From NCBI GenBank assembly GCA_900767605.1, contig CAAFZT010000029.1:860-64859 (forward strand): a DNA stretch of 64,000 bases. The letters run 5' to 3'. The notes beneath the pieces were generated by a model, which saw nothing but the letters and a program-made list of their open reading frames with translations, did not search any database and was not told where the DNA came from. Positions 37,170 to 47,722 of the stretch are shown one piece after another. The position numbers and the translations under genes were made by a program. The stretch's first letter is position 1, and the number at the start of each line of letters is the position of its first letter. This stretch comes from Bacilli bacterium (GTDB taxonomy: Bacteria; Bacillota_I; Bacilli_A; RFN20; CAG-826).

Positions 37170-38225
37170 ATGGTAAAACGCAAAGACACAAGACCTGTTC
37201 ACGTTGGGAACATTCAACTGGGCGGACAAGAAAAAATATTGATTCAAAGCATGTGCTCCATTAAAACGAGTCGCACGGATCTCGTGGCAGAGCAGCTTCG
37301 AAAATGCCGCGAACTTGGAGCCGATTTAATGAGACTTTCCGTCCTAGACGAAGAGGATGCAAAAGCTTTCTCTATTTTGAAAAAGGAAACCACTATTCCT
37401 TTAATCGCCGATATTCACTTTGACTATCGTTTGGCACTTTGCGCCATCGAAAATGGGGCAGACGCCATCCGCGTCAACCCCGGCAACATCGGCTCCAAAG
37501 AACGAATTTGGCAAATTGCCGCAAAATGTGCCTCTAAAAGGATTCCCATTCGCATCGGCGTGAACTCTGGCTCTTTGAAAAAAGATGCTAATGCTAACGA
37601 ATCGCGCCCTGCATCCGCAATACAGCTGATGGATGATTTATCCGAATGCGTCGCGATTTTTGAAGAGATGGGTTTCCATGATTTGGTCTTATCCGCCAAA
37701 GGAAGCAATGTTCTTGAAACCGTGGAAGCCTATAAAGAGGCCTCCAAACGTTTCCCTTACCCCCTTCATTTAGGAATCACGGAAGCGGGGCCTAAAGACA
37801 TCGGCCTTATCCGTTCCACTGCCGGACTTGCCCCCTTATTAATGGAGGGAATCGGTGACACCATTCGTATCTCCCTTAGCGATGCTCCAGAAGAAGAAAT
37901 TAAAGCCTGCTGCCGCCTTTTACATGATTTGGGGCTAAAACCAGATTACCCGACCTTCATTTCCTGCCCCACGTGTGGGAGAACCCAAGTAAATTTGATT
38001 CCTACGGCCAAGGCGCTTCAATCTTATATGGAAGAAAACCACATCAATAAAACGGTTGCCGTAATGGGGTGCGTCGTCAATGGTCCCGGCGAAGCCAAAC
38101 ACGCGGACTTAGGGTGCGCGGGCGGAAAAGGATGCTGGGTTATCTTTCAAAAAGGAAAGATCCTTAAGGAAGTAAAAGACGAGGAGATTATCCCCGCCAT
38201 GATCGAAGAATTGAAAAAACTTTAG
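37170..38225 (+). CDS. ispG: 4-hydroxy-3-methylbut-2-en-1-yl diphosphate synthase (flavodoxin)
   Basis: 351 aa. VQSM, RINPGNIG-like (VNPGNIG), C-terminal 4Fe-4S cysteines (SCPTCGRT...GCVVNGPGE). Confidence 0.9.
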   Translation: MVKRKDTRPVHVGNIQLGGQEKILIQSMCSIKTSRTDLVAEQLRKCRELGADLMRLSVLDEEDAKAFSILKKETTIPLIADIHFDYRLALCAIENGADAIRVNPGNIGSKERIWQIAAKCASKRIPIRIGVNSGSLKKDANANESRPASAIQLMDDLSECVAIFEEMGFHDLVLSAKGSNVLETVEAYKEASKRFPYPLHLGITEAGPKDIGLIRSTAGLAPLLMEGIGDTIRISLSDAPEEEIKACCRLLHDLGLKPDYPTFISCPTCGRTQVNLIPTAKALQSYMEENHINKTVAVMGCVVNGPGEAKHADLGCAGGKGCWVIFQKGKILKEVKDEEIIPAMIEELKKL

Positions 38226-39605
38226 TTATTTCCCTTCTAGTTTTTGTTTCGCCCTTTGCGCGTAACGAGCATCCTTTTTGGCTTTAATTGATTTTTGGAT
38301 GGCTTTCCGGCGGTACTTGTTCTTCACTTTTTCCACCGCGCGCATTTGCTTCTTTTTATAGCCGGGTTTCACGGTTTTCGAGGAAGTTTTTGCCTTGGCG
38401 ATTTTAACTTCCTTCAATTCCTCTTCCGAGAATTTTTTCTTCCCGGAGAATTTCTTTTTGGCATCCAACCCCAATTCGTTTTTCTCAAGGCGGTCATTCT
38501 TTAAGATATAGTAATCGAAAGGTAGGCCTTGGCTGAGCAATTCTTTGGGACGAGAAAGGGAATCTACGTTATAGAAAACCCAGGAATCACCGGTTTTATC
38601 GAATCGACCGGTTCTTCCCGCGCGATGATAGTAATAGGAAAGATCCATGGGCAAATCCACAGAAATTACATCCGTTACGTTATCCAAATCAATGCCACGG
38701 CTTAGCAAGTCGCTGCACACAACAATTTGATATTCGTCAGCGCGGATTCTTTTCAAAACCTGTTTTCTTTCTCGGCTGTCTAAATCGCCTGAGAAATAGG
38801 TAACGGAATATTTCTTGGCTTTCAATCCTTCGTATATGGTTTTGACGTCTTCTTTTTTAGAGGCGAAGACAAGGCAAAAATAGGGGCGTCGAATATCGAG
38901 AAACTTGGATAGTGCTTCCACGGTGCCGACATGCCTAACATCAACGAAATGATGAGCAACGCGGGAACTGGTTTTTTGCTCTTCTCCCTCGTACAAAAAT
39001 TCGGAGCCAATATATTTTTCAAGTTGAAGCTTAAGATTTTCGTTCATGGTCGCAGAAAACACCATGGTTTGAACGTTTTCTGGAAGTTTTTGATAAATTT
39101 CATCGATGTCTTGGAAGTATCCGAGTTCTAAAAGCATATCCGCTTCATCCAAAACAAGGCTGCGAACTCCATGCAAATCAAAAACATATTCCTGCGAAAG
39201 GAGCTCTTTTAAACGGCCGGGGGTTCCCACAATCATTTGAGGGGGGACAGTTTGTCCTTCTTTATTTTGGGCGATTTCGGTTTCGCTAGAGAAGAGTCGC
39301 ACTTTGAAGGTGGGGAAGAAACGGGTAAAAGCGAAGGCAAAGTCATAAACCTGACGTGCCAATTCTCGACTCGGACAAATAATAATCGACTGTAAACGGG
39401 GCAAATGCGTGTCAATTTTTTGCAAAATGGGAATCAAATAGGAATGGGTTTTCCCACTCCCCGTTTCACTTTGGCAAACAATGCGTTTGCCTTGCAACGC
39501 CTTGGGAATGACCCGAGACTGCACCGGGGAAGGCGAAGTGTAGCCCATTTTTTCCAGTGCGCTCGTTAGCGCTGAACTTAAGTTAAATTCTTTAAAGGAT
39601 TTCAT
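38226..39605 (-). CDS. DEAD-box ATP-dependent RNA helicase (CshB-like)
   Basis: Q motif (FKEFNL...PSPVQ), SETGSGKT, DEAD, SAT, HRAGRTGR. Lys-rich C-terminal tail. Confidence 0.9.
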   Translation of the reverse strand: MKSFKEFNLSSALTSALEKMGYTSPSPVQSRVIPKALQGKRIVCQSETGSGKTHSYLIPILQKIDTHLPRLQSIIICPSRELARQVYDFAFAFTRFFPTFKVRLFSSETEIAQNKEGQTVPPQMIVGTPGRLKELLSQEYVFDLHGVRSLVLDEADMLLELGYFQDIDEIYQKLPENVQTMVFSATMNENLKLQLEKYIGSEFLYEGEEQKTSSRVAHHFVDVRHVGTVEALSKFLDIRRPYFCLVFASKKEDVKTIYEGLKAKKYSVTYFSGDLDSRERKQVLKRIRADEYQIVVCSDLLSRGIDLDNVTDVISVDLPMDLSYYYHRAGRTGRFDKTGDSWVFYNVDSLSRPKELLSQGLPFDYYILKNDRLEKNELGLDAKKKFSGKKKFSEEELKEVKIAKAKTSSKTVKPGYKKKQMRAVEKVKNKYRRKAIQKSIKAKKDARYAQRAKQKLEGK

Positions 39606-39665
39606 ACCGCACGATTATATAGGAAATCTCTTCATTTTTCCTAGATTCTCAACGAAAATACTTGC

Positions 39666-40532
39666 ATGGATGTCTTACTTCTCGAACCAAACGGATATTG
39701 CTCTGGCGTGCAAAGGGCCTTCTTTCTCGCTTTAAGGCTAAGGAAGGAACAACCCAACGTTGAAATTTATTGCCTTGGGATGCTTGTTCACAACGAGGAT
39801 TCCATGATGGAATTTCAAAACCATCACATTCATATTATCGATGAGAGAAAAGAAAATTTAGAAGTCGCCTTGAAGAGCATCCCCAACGGCTCCTACGTGA
39901 TCTTTTCTGCCCACGGGCACCCCTTGGGTTGGGAAAAATTGGCAGCGGAAAAAAATCTTAAAATATTAGATTGCACTTGTCCTTTCGTGGAAGCAAACCG
40001 AGTGGCTGGGGCTTCCCTCCGGTCCTCTTTCTTCTATTTTGGGGTAAAAGGCCATTTAGAAGCCGATGCGTTTATGGCCAATAACCCCAATGCTATTTTT
40101 ATCGATGTGGTCCACCCTGAACTCAAAAGCATCGACATTATTCCATCCATCGTCTATCCCGCCATATGCCAAACTACGATTTCTGGAGAGGAAATAGAAT
40201 CCGCGATTTCTTTTTTATCCAAAAAAGGAATTTCGATTCAATTGATTAAATCCCAATGCCAAAGCACGTATTTACGGCAAAAGACAATTATGGATTTGCC
40301 AGAATCCATTACCACTTTAGTGGTCCTTGGCAGCCCTCGTTCCAATAATTCGGTTAAATTGTACGAAATCGGGGTAAAGAAAAACCTCCGCTGCTACCTT
40401 GTTAGGAATCTTGCAGAACTTCAAAATATTTCCTTTAAAAAAGGCGAGAGAATCGCCCTTTCTAGCGGCGCTTCCACTTCGCCATCCATCCTAAAGGAAT
40501 GTTACGATTATTTATCGGCTATGCAACGCTAG
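39666..40532 (+). CDS. ispH: 4-hydroxy-3-methylbut-2-enyl diphosphate reductase
   Basis: 288 aa. Conserved Cys positions (NGYCSGV, CTCPFV, ICQTT) and SSNS-like (RSNNS). Confidence 0.85.
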   Translation: MDVLLLEPNGYCSGVQRAFFLALRLRKEQPNVEIYCLGMLVHNEDSMMEFQNHHIHIIDERKENLEVALKSIPNGSYVIFSAHGHPLGWEKLAAEKNLKILDCTCPFVEANRVAGASLRSSFFYFGVKGHLEADAFMANNPNAIFIDVVHPELKSIDIIPSIVYPAICQTTISGEEIESAISFLSKKGISIQLIKSQCQSTYLRQKTIMDLPESITTLVVLGSPRSNNSVKLYEIGVKKNLRCYLVRNLAELQNISFKKGERIALSSGASTSPSILKECYDYLSAMQR

Positions 40533-41205
40533 CCCGATTCTTTTCATCGCGAATCAATCGATATAAATCCAAATAGTAGTCCCGTTTCTCGCGGGGCAAA
40601 TTCAAATTCAAAATATCATTGACGTGTTTCAGTTGAATTTTGAGCCAATTTTCGAAGATTTCACCGCGTTTTTTTCGAAGTATCGGGCCGAAAAGAAGAT
40701 CGCTTCGGCTGTATTCAACGGCGACATCCGTTTTGACAAAACGAATAATGGTATAGAAGATTTTATCTTCGTAAACCATGGTTTCTTCGTCGATTTTATA
40801 TCCAAGCGCAGTCACGCGCTTTCTTACGGATACTAGATCTTTGTGAGGGTCTACGATAATAGTTTGAACATGGAACAATTTTTCGGTGTGTGCTTCCAAA
40901 ATGTCGCAAGCAAGCATTCCACCCATCCCACAAATCAAGACGGTGTCTACTCCCTCGTTAAGGTCGGATATTCCATCACTTCGGCTACAATCAATATGAC
41001 CCTCTAACCCACTTTCTTGAATTGCGTGAGTCATATGCAAAAAAGGACCCGTTTTATTTTCGACCGCTTGAGCCCAAGATACAGTTCCCGTTTCACATAA
41101 ATAGATCGGAAGCTGTGCATGATCGCTTCCGATATCGGCGATATAACTGTTTTTTGGGACAAGATTAGCGATGGATTGAAGTCTTTTGGATAATTTCTTA
41201 GGCAT
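40519..41205 (-). CDS. trmK: tRNA (adenine22-N1)-methyltransferase TrmK
   Basis: 228 aa. LSKRLQSIANLV...IADIGSDHAQLPIYL...ICGMGG. Confidence 0.85.
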   Translation of the reverse strand: MPKKLSKRLQSIANLVPKNSYIADIGSDHAQLPIYLCETGTVSWAQAVENKTGPFLHMTHAIQESGLEGHIDCSRSDGISDLNEGVDTVLICGMGGMLACDILEAHTEKLFHVQTIIVDPHKDLVSVRKRVTALGYKIDEETMVYEDKIFYTIIRFVKTDVAVEYSRSDLLFGPILRKKRGEIFENWLKIQLKHVNDILNLNLPREKRDYYLDLYRLIRDEKNRASVA

Positions 41206-42133
41206 CGTCGTCTCCTAAAGCCTTCCTCATTTTGGATAAGGCAGTTTCTCGAATTTGGCGCACGCGTTCTCGGCTGATTCCATACCGATTTCCCACTTCT
41301 TGCAAAGAAAGCGGAGCATCTCCATTTAAACCGTAGAGTAAACGAATGAATTCGCGCTCCCTATCGGTTAAAGCAGCTAAAACACTAGCCACAGTTTTTT
41401 CGTCTTCTTCTTGAAGAATACTTTTGTCGACATCGGAATCCGAGTCGGGAATTAAGTCTTGCAGAGAATAAGAATCGTTTTCAGGGCCGATGGGGTTATC
41501 GGTGGACACCACTTGAAGAGGCATCTTTAAAAGGGATGCCACCTGTTCCGGGGTAAATCCCTCCATCGATTCGGCGATTTCTTTGGAGGAAGGCTCGCGC
41601 ATCAATTTTTGTTCCAATTGTTTTTTGGCGCGGTTAACCTGAGAATACTGGAGTATTTTTTCTTCGGGAATTCGAATCGCGTGACCATTTGCCATAATCG
41701 TGTGCGAAATTTCATCGCGAATCCCACGAGTAGCATAGGTTGTAAAACGGGCTTTCCGATAATCAAATAGTTCTGCCGAATGCAATAATCCCACATTTCC
41801 CGCCGAAATCAAATCGATAAGCGGCAAACCGCGATTCGTGTATTCCTTGGCGATGGAAATCACGAGACGAAGATTGCCGTTGGCCAGCTGTTTTGCCGCT
41901 TCTTTAGCGGAAGCTTTCTCTTCCAAGGAGGCCTCGACACTCCGGCCCTTCAGGATGGCTTCACCAAGGTTTTTTTCTTCTTCCTCTGTCAAAAGGGGAA
42001 GGTTAGCAATCCGACTTAAATAGTTTTCTACTTCTCCTTTTTGACTAAGGTGATTTCCCTTCGCCTTTTTAGGGGAACGAGCATTGGAACTGATATTCCC
42101 CTGTGATGAAAGCTTGGTATCCTGAATGGCCAT
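41198..42133 (-). CDS. divergent sigma-70 family factor (RpoD paralogue lacking region 1.1)
   Basis: 311 aa. It aligns by eye with regions 1.2-4.2 of the upstream RpoD ([27 protein letters not shown]). Region 2.3/2.4 reads FTTYATRGIRDEISHTI instead of [17 protein letters not shown]. Confidence 0.8.
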   Translation of the reverse strand: MAIQDTKLSSQGNISSNARSPKKAKGNHLSQKGEVENYLSRIANLPLLTEEEEKNLGEAILKGRSVEASLEEKASAKEAAKQLANGNLRLVISIAKEYTNRGLPLIDLISAGNVGLLHSAELFDYRKARFTTYATRGIRDEISHTIMANGHAIRIPEEKILQYSQVNRAKKQLEQKLMREPSSKEIAESMEGFTPEQVASLLKMPLQVVSTDNPIGPENDSYSLQDLIPDSDSDVDKSILQEEDEKTVASVLAALTDREREFIRLLYGLNGDAPLSLQEVGNRYGISRERVRQIRETALSKMRKALGDDDA

Positions 42134-42142
42134 TATTTCTCC

Positions 42143-43570
42143 TTATCGATCGTTGGGGTTATCCGAGAAACCAGTGATAAAACTAGAATCCCGATAATCT
42201 CCCAATTTTTTAGCGCGCGTCGGGTGGCGCAATTTGCGAATGGCTTTCGCCTCAATTTGACGAATGCGTTCGCGGGTAACGCCGAATTCACGCCCCACTT
42301 CTTCCAAAGTACGGGGACGATTATCATCAAGTCCATAACGTAGCCGCAACACTCTTTCTTCGCGGTCGGTTAAGTCTTTCATGATGTCATAGAGTTCATC
42401 TTTCAGAAGCGCTTTGGTCGTGTATTCTTCAGGCGATTCTGCGTCTTTATCTTCAATGAAATCACCCAAATGAGAATCGTCTTCTTCACCAATCGGCGTT
42501 TCTAACGATACGGGTTCAAGAGCAATTCGTTGAATATCGCGGATTTTTTCCGGAGAGAGCTGACCTTCCATTTTTTCGGAGATTTCCTCTGCGGTGGGAT
42601 CGCGCCCCAATTCCTGGACAAGCTGACGCTGGACGCGAGTCATTTTGTTGATCGTTTCCACCATATGGACGGGGATACGAATGGTACGAGCTTGGTCGGC
42701 GATCGCGCGAGTGATGGCTTGGCGAATCCACCAAGTGGCGTAAGTAGAGAATTTAAAGCCTTTGGTATAATCGAATTTTTCAACCGCTTTAATCAAACCC
42801 ATATTTCCTTCTTGAATCAAATCCAAGAAATGCATGCCACGTCCGATATAGTGTTTAGCGATGGAAATAACAAGGCGTAAGTTCGCCGTGATCAACTGAT
42901 CTTTGGCAAGTTTGCCATCTTCTTTTTCTTCTTCGGTCGCATTGGGTTGATTTCCGGCTACAATGCGTTTGGCCAAATCCGTTTCTTCGGCGGCAGTTAA
43001 AAGGTTAACCTTGCCGATTTCTTTCAGGTACATCTTGACGCAGTCGTTGTTTTTGACTTCGCCAATGGACATGCGGGATAAATCCGCTTCAGAAATTTGA
43101 GCGACTTCTTGCTCGTCCGCGCTTAATTCCGAGTCCCCTTCCACTTCGGCGTCGGCTTCGTCCTCGGCGATTTGTTGCTCCACATCCATCAAATCGGCAG
43201 GCATATCCGCATCCATGTCGTCCTCGGTTTCATCCGATTCCACTTTGATGTTGTTTTTACGGAAGAATTCGATGATATCGCTCAATTGTTCTTCTGTGAT
43301 ATCCAATTTTTCCGTTTCGAACAAGACATCCTCCATATTGATGGAGCCTTCTTCTTTTCCTTTTTTCAAGAAAGACTTTTTGATGTCTTCAATGGCTTTT
43401 TTCTTGGCGAGGTCTTCTTCTTCCTCTCCGTCAAAAATCTCTTCGGGCGCCTCTTCTTCCTTCTTGGGGGCGCTTGTTTTCTTCTTCGTTTTTTTCTCCG
43501 AACCAACTTCATCTTCTTCGCTTAAGAAGTCAAGTTCGTCATCCACGATGGTTTCTTTTTGTTTTTTCAT
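42143..43570 (-). CDS. rpoD: RNA polymerase sigma factor RpoD/SigA
   Basis: 475 aa. Canonical regions 1.2-4.2 ([50 protein letters not shown]). Long acidic/basic N-terminal extension. Confidence 0.95.
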   Translation of the reverse strand: MKKQKETIVDDELDFLSEEDEVGSEKKTKKKTSAPKKEEEAPEEIFDGEEEEDLAKKKAIEDIKKSFLKKGKEEGSINMEDVLFETEKLDITEEQLSDIIEFFRKNNIKVESDETEDDMDADMPADLMDVEQQIAEDEADAEVEGDSELSADEQEVAQISEADLSRMSIGEVKNNDCVKMYLKEIGKVNLLTAAEETDLAKRIVAGNQPNATEEEKEDGKLAKDQLITANLRLVISIAKHYIGRGMHFLDLIQEGNMGLIKAVEKFDYTKGFKFSTYATWWIRQAITRAIADQARTIRIPVHMVETINKMTRVQRQLVQELGRDPTAEEISEKMEGQLSPEKIRDIQRIALEPVSLETPIGEEDDSHLGDFIEDKDAESPEEYTTKALLKDELYDIMKDLTDREERVLRLRYGLDDNRPRTLEEVGREFGVTRERIRQIEAKAIRKLRHPTRAKKLGDYRDSSFITGFSDNPNDR

Positions 43571-43616
43571 ATGTTTTGATCCTCCCTATTCCTATTTCAC
43601 GAACGCGTTTCCGCGA

Positions 43617-45467
43617 TTAATCTTTTTCTTTTATTTGCTTTTTCCACTCCTCTCCACGTTTTTCAGCAAACGCCTTTAAGGCAGACGCGGCTAGTCGGCT
43701 ATCGCCGGTTTCCACCGCTTTAATAATGAGTTTCTTTTGCCCCAACCGTTGTTTTTCTTCCGCAATCACTTTGCTGCATCGATCCAGCAAAGAAGGGCTA
43801 TAAGGCAAGGTGGGGGCTTCGTCAGCGACCGAAGCAATGATGTTGCTCATAGGATTGCTAGAGGCCGACGGTTCGTTTTCTTCAATAAAAGATAGCAATC
43901 CGGCGATTTCAAATCCGTCATTGGCGACTTCGGATGCGTATTGAAGCAAATAGAATAGTATTTGCCGGTAATTCTCTGAATAGAACGGGTTATCTCGCGA
44001 TTGAATATCCTTGCGAGCCTTACCATTGGTCAACAAATAATAGAGAATAGTGTTTTCGGCGAAATCAAGACGTTGAGTCCCTTTGGCAGTCCCCTTCGAT
44101 AAGGATCGAACAGCCTGATTTTTTCCATTTCTTGAAGATGCGGAGGGCACTTCAATAGAATGCACAACCGGCCGATTGTTTTGAGATAAGACGATTCGAA
44201 GCGCGCTTTCTTCGTATTGGAGAGCTTTCGCCAACTTGGCAATGTGATTTTCCTTTTCAATACCCGATTCCCTCATAATCGAAGGGCCAAGGCGTTCGAT
44301 GATCTCCTTCTTTTCCTCTGGGCGATTGGTTTTTTTGAAGTGAAGCAAATAGGAAAGTTGGAAGTCAATGGGGTCGGAGAGAGTTTGCATTCTCTTAACC
44401 AAAGCATCCTTTCCGTCTTCTTGAAGAATGTCGTCGGGATCGCGCAAATCGTTTCCGTAGTCTACGATTTGGAATGGGATGTTGGCGGCAGAGAGCTCTT
44501 CCATTGCCCCCATCATTCCCGTTTGCCCCGCCAAGTCCCCATCAAGGCAAAGGCGAATTTCACAGCGCAACCTTTTTAGCAGAGAAACCTGATTTTTGGT
44601 AAGGGCGACTCCCATGAGGGCTATCGCATTGGGAAGGCCGGCTTTGTTAAGGGCCATGACATCCATAAAGCCTTCCAAAACATAGCAATAACCATCGTGA
44701 TGAGCAGATTCGGCGACATTGTGGTAGTTGTACAGAACGTCTCCTTTATGAAATAGCGGAGTCTCCGGCGAATTACGGTATTTACCGGATTGGGGGTCAC
44801 GGATGATTTGTCGCGCACTGAAGCCGATAACGGCGCCGCGGTTATCCCAAAGAGGGAAGGTGATTCGCCCGGCGTTAACATCACGCATCTCCGAATCCGA
44901 AACATTGGAAATTCCGATTTCTTCGATGTTTTTCGGGGAAAATCCCTTTGCTCTAAGGAAGCGGACTGTAGCAGACCCGTCTAGGGGTGCATAGCCAATT
45001 CCAAACTTAGCCTGCGTGGCTTCATCAAGGTTTCTTTTGGCCAAATAATCTCTTGCAGCGGCCCCTTCCTCGGTGGAAAGTGCATAACGATAATAGTTTT
45101 GTAGGGTGTCAATGCAATCCAACAACCGCTTCTTTTGCGGGTCTATCGTTGGCAGGGGAACATCTTTTTCCAATCGGGGGTCGTGGAATCCAGCGATTTC
45201 CGCCGTTTTACGCACCGCTTCCATGAAGGAACAATGGGTGTATTCCTGGACAAAACGAATGGAATTTCCCCCGTGCCCACAAACGAAGCAATGGTAAATT
45301 TGTTTTTCTACATTAATAGAAAGAGAGGGGTCGTGATCGTCGTGAAAAGGACACCGAGCCGCATAATTCTTTCCTTTTTTCTGAAAAGAATCCGGAAGAT
45401 AGTGTCGAACAACATCCGCGATATCAGCGGCTTTCAAAACGTCGTTAATCAATTCGCGGTCGTACAC
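43617..45467 (-). CDS. dnaG: DNA primase
   Basis: 616 aa. Zinc ribbon CPFHDDHDPSLSIN...YHCFVCG, Toprim domain (VLEGFMDVM, DGDLAG). Confidence 0.95.
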   Translation of the reverse strand: MYDRELINDVLKAADIADVVRHYLPDSFQKKGKNYAARCPFHDDHDPSLSINVEKQIYHCFVCGHGGNSIRFVQEYTHCSFMEAVRKTAEIAGFHDPRLEKDVPLPTIDPQKKRLLDCIDTLQNYYRYALSTEEGAAARDYLAKRNLDEATQAKFGIGYAPLDGSATVRFLRAKGFSPKNIEEIGISNVSDSEMRDVNAGRITFPLWDNRGAVIGFSARQIIRDPQSGKYRNSPETPLFHKGDVLYNYHNVAESAHHDGYCYVLEGFMDVMALNKAGLPNAIALMGVALTKNQVSLLKRLRCEIRLCLDGDLAGQTGMMGAMEELSAANIPFQIVDYGNDLRDPDDILQEDGKDALVKRMQTLSDPIDFQLSYLLHFKKTNRPEEKKEIIERLGPSIMRESGIEKENHIAKLAKALQYEESALRIVLSQNNRPVVHSIEVPSASSRNGKNQAVRSLSKGTAKGTQRLDFAENTILYYLLTNGKARKDIQSRDNPFYSENYRQILFYLLQYASEVANDGFEIAGLLSFIEENEPSASSNPMSNIIASVADEAPTLPYSPSLLDRCSKVIAEEKQRLGQKKLIIKAVETGDSRLAASALKAFAEKRGEEWKKQIKEKD

Positions 45468-45503
45468 GTCGATTTCTCCTCCTTTCTTTCCATATTTCGT
45501 TTG

Positions 45504-46883
45504 TTATTCCCCAATTTTATTTTCCAAATAAGTCTTTAAATCCGCTATCGCGATACGCTCTTGTTCCATGGAATCGCGGTCACGGACCGTAACCATATGG
45601 TCTTCAGCGGTTTGGAAATCGACACAAATGCAATAGGGGGTGCCAATTTCATCTTGTCGGCGATAACGTTTGCCAATAGATCCCGTTTCGTCGTAGCAAA
45701 TCGAGAAATGCTTATTGAGGGAATTTGCAATTTCTAGCGCCCCTTCATTTAGTTTTTTAGAAAGGGGCAAAACGGCAACTTTATACGGAGCAAGGGCTGG
45801 CTTTAAGTGCATAACAACGCGCTTATCTCCATTAGCCAGTTCTTCTTCGTCGTAGGCATCCACGGCGACCATGAGGAATAAACGGTCAAGGCCCATAGAA
45901 GGCTCAATGCAGTAAGGAACGTACTTTTCGTTGGTTTCAGGGTCAAAATAAGTAAGGTCTTGACCGGAGAAATCCATGTGGCGTTTTAAATCGTAATCCG
46001 TACGGTCGGCCACGCCCAAGATTTCGCCCCATCCTAGCGAAGGGAAGAGGTATTCGACGTCCGTAGTTGCTTTCGAGTAAAAAGCTAATTCTGCCGGTTC
46101 GTGGTCGCGATAACGAAGATTTTCATCCTTTACGCCGAGAGAATCGACGAATTTACGGCAATATTCTTTCCAATAAGCAAACCATTCAAGGTCTGTTCCC
46201 GGCTTGCAGAAGAATTCCATTTCGCACTGATCAAACTCGCGAGTGCGGAAGGTGAAATTCCCCGGAGTAATTTCATTGCGGAAACTTTTGCCTGTATTGC
46301 AAATGCCAAACGGAAGTTTTTTACGGGTTGCGCGTTGAACGTTTTTAAAATTCACAAAAACACCTTGCGCCGTTTCAGGGCGTAAATAAACAACACTGCT
46401 CGCATCGTCGGTGACACCGATATGGGTTTTAAACATCATGTTGAACTTGCGAATCGGGGTGAAATCACTTTTGCCGCAAACAGGGCAAGTCATCGCGTGT
46501 TCTTTGATGAAAGCATCCATTTGCTCAAACGTCATTCCATCCACGTCCGCATCCGGATATTCGCTTTTAATTAACTCGTCCGCGCGGTGGCGAGCTTTGC
46601 AGGCTTTGCAGTCCACCATCGGGTCGTTAAAGGTCGAAACATGACCCGTGGCTTCCCAAACTTTCGGGTTCATTAAAATTGCGGAATCAATGCCGACATT
46701 GGTCGGGGATTCTTGAACGAATTTTTTCCACCAAAGATTGCGGATATTCCTTTTCATTTCCGAACCCAAAGGCCCGTAGTCCCAAGTGTTGGACAATCCG
46801 CCATAGATTTGGCTTCCTTGGAAGACGAATCCGGCATTCTGGAGATGTTGAGTAATGGTTTCAAATGAGAATTTGTTTGGCAT
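45504..46883 (-). CDS. glyQS: glycine--tRNA ligase (homodimeric GlyQS type)
   Basis: 459 aa. IYGGLSNTWDYGPLG, FRNEITPGNFTFRTREF, EPSMGLDR. Confidence 0.95.
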   Translation of the reverse strand: MPNKFSFETITQHLQNAGFVFQGSQIYGGLSNTWDYGPLGSEMKRNIRNLWWKKFVQESPTNVGIDSAILMNPKVWEATGHVSTFNDPMVDCKACKARHRADELIKSEYPDADVDGMTFEQMDAFIKEHAMTCPVCGKSDFTPIRKFNMMFKTHIGVTDDASSVVYLRPETAQGVFVNFKNVQRATRKKLPFGICNTGKSFRNEITPGNFTFRTREFDQCEMEFFCKPGTDLEWFAYWKEYCRKFVDSLGVKDENLRYRDHEPAELAFYSKATTDVEYLFPSLGWGEILGVADRTDYDLKRHMDFSGQDLTYFDPETNEKYVPYCIEPSMGLDRLFLMVAVDAYDEEELANGDKRVVMHLKPALAPYKVAVLPLSKKLNEGALEIANSLNKHFSICYDETGSIGKRYRRQDEIGTPYCICVDFQTAEDHMVTVRDRDSMEQERIAIADLKTYLENKIGE

Positions 46884-46990
46884 TGGAGCCTCCTTATCTT
46901 CGAATTGTTACAGATAAAAAACCTGTCAAATGTTACGGGGGATATCTATCGTGTCAACCCACTTTAAGAGTACGTTGAAGAACAGGGCAA

Positions 46991-47722
46991 TCAAATCTTA
47001 GATAATAAATCCAAGGTCCGCAGTTTTACGCCCGTATTCTTTTCTAAATAATGACCAAGGGACAAATAAATGGGTCGACAAGTTTCCCAACCTAAATTCA
47101 CGCGCCCGTAATCGACAAGGGGCGCTTTAAAAATGTAACGATAAATTTTCAAAACCTCCCTCGATACCTTGCCCATGGTTTCAGTCCGAAAACAAGAGGG
47201 GCATACAAATCCGCCTGTATCGAGATCAATGGTTTCGATTTTATTTCTCGCACCGCAGCAAACGCATTCGTCCACATCAAGGCCAATTCCGCCGATTACC
47301 AATAGGTGCGCAAAACAAATTAATCCAACGCAATAAGGGTCGCCCCCCTTTTTAATGGCTTGAAATGCGCCCAATACCCAAGGGAACGCTTCTGCGGCTT
47401 CATCTTCTTGCAAAAAACGCAAAGACAATTCAATGAGTAAATTATCGATGGAAAATGCGTCTAAATTTTCACTTGAAAGCAAAATTTCTACCAAGGAAGC
47501 TTCTTTTAGAGTCGCATTTCCTTTTGAATCTATGGACAAAGAAAACTCACAAGAACTCAACGGCTGTAGCGACATGGCCGATTTGGACGTTATCTTCTTA
47601 ACGCCATGGGCATAAAAACTGAATAAGCCTTCCTTAGACAAGCAGGTAATAACTCCATCGCTTTCTTTGGACGTGGAGTTTCGCAAGACTATCCCGCTTC
47701 TTTTGATCCAATCACTTGTCAT
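46991..47722 (-). CDS. recO: DNA repair protein RecO
   Basis: 243 aa. N-terminal OB-like region and a C4 zinc motif (CVCCG...CPSC). Follows era, as in Bacillus. Confidence 0.85.
   Translation of the reverse strand: MTSDWIKRSGIVLRNSTSKESDGVITCLSKEGLFSFYAHGVKKITSKSAMSLQPLSSCEFSLSIDSKGNATLKEASLVEILLSSENLDAFSIDNLLIELSLRFLQEDEAAEAFPWVLGAFQAIKKGGDPYCVGLICFAHLLVIGGIGLDVDECVCCGARNKIETIDLDTGGFVCPSCFRTETMGKVSREVLKIYRYIFKAPLVDYGRVNLGWETCRPIYLSLGHYLEKNTGVKLRTLDLLSKI

Noticed and set aside
43172-43679. + strand ORFs (117 and 154 aa) opposite the rpoD N-terminus and the dnaG end.
   Set aside because: They are Phe/Ser-rich mirror frames of the acidic/lysine-rich rpoD extension. They are not independent genes.
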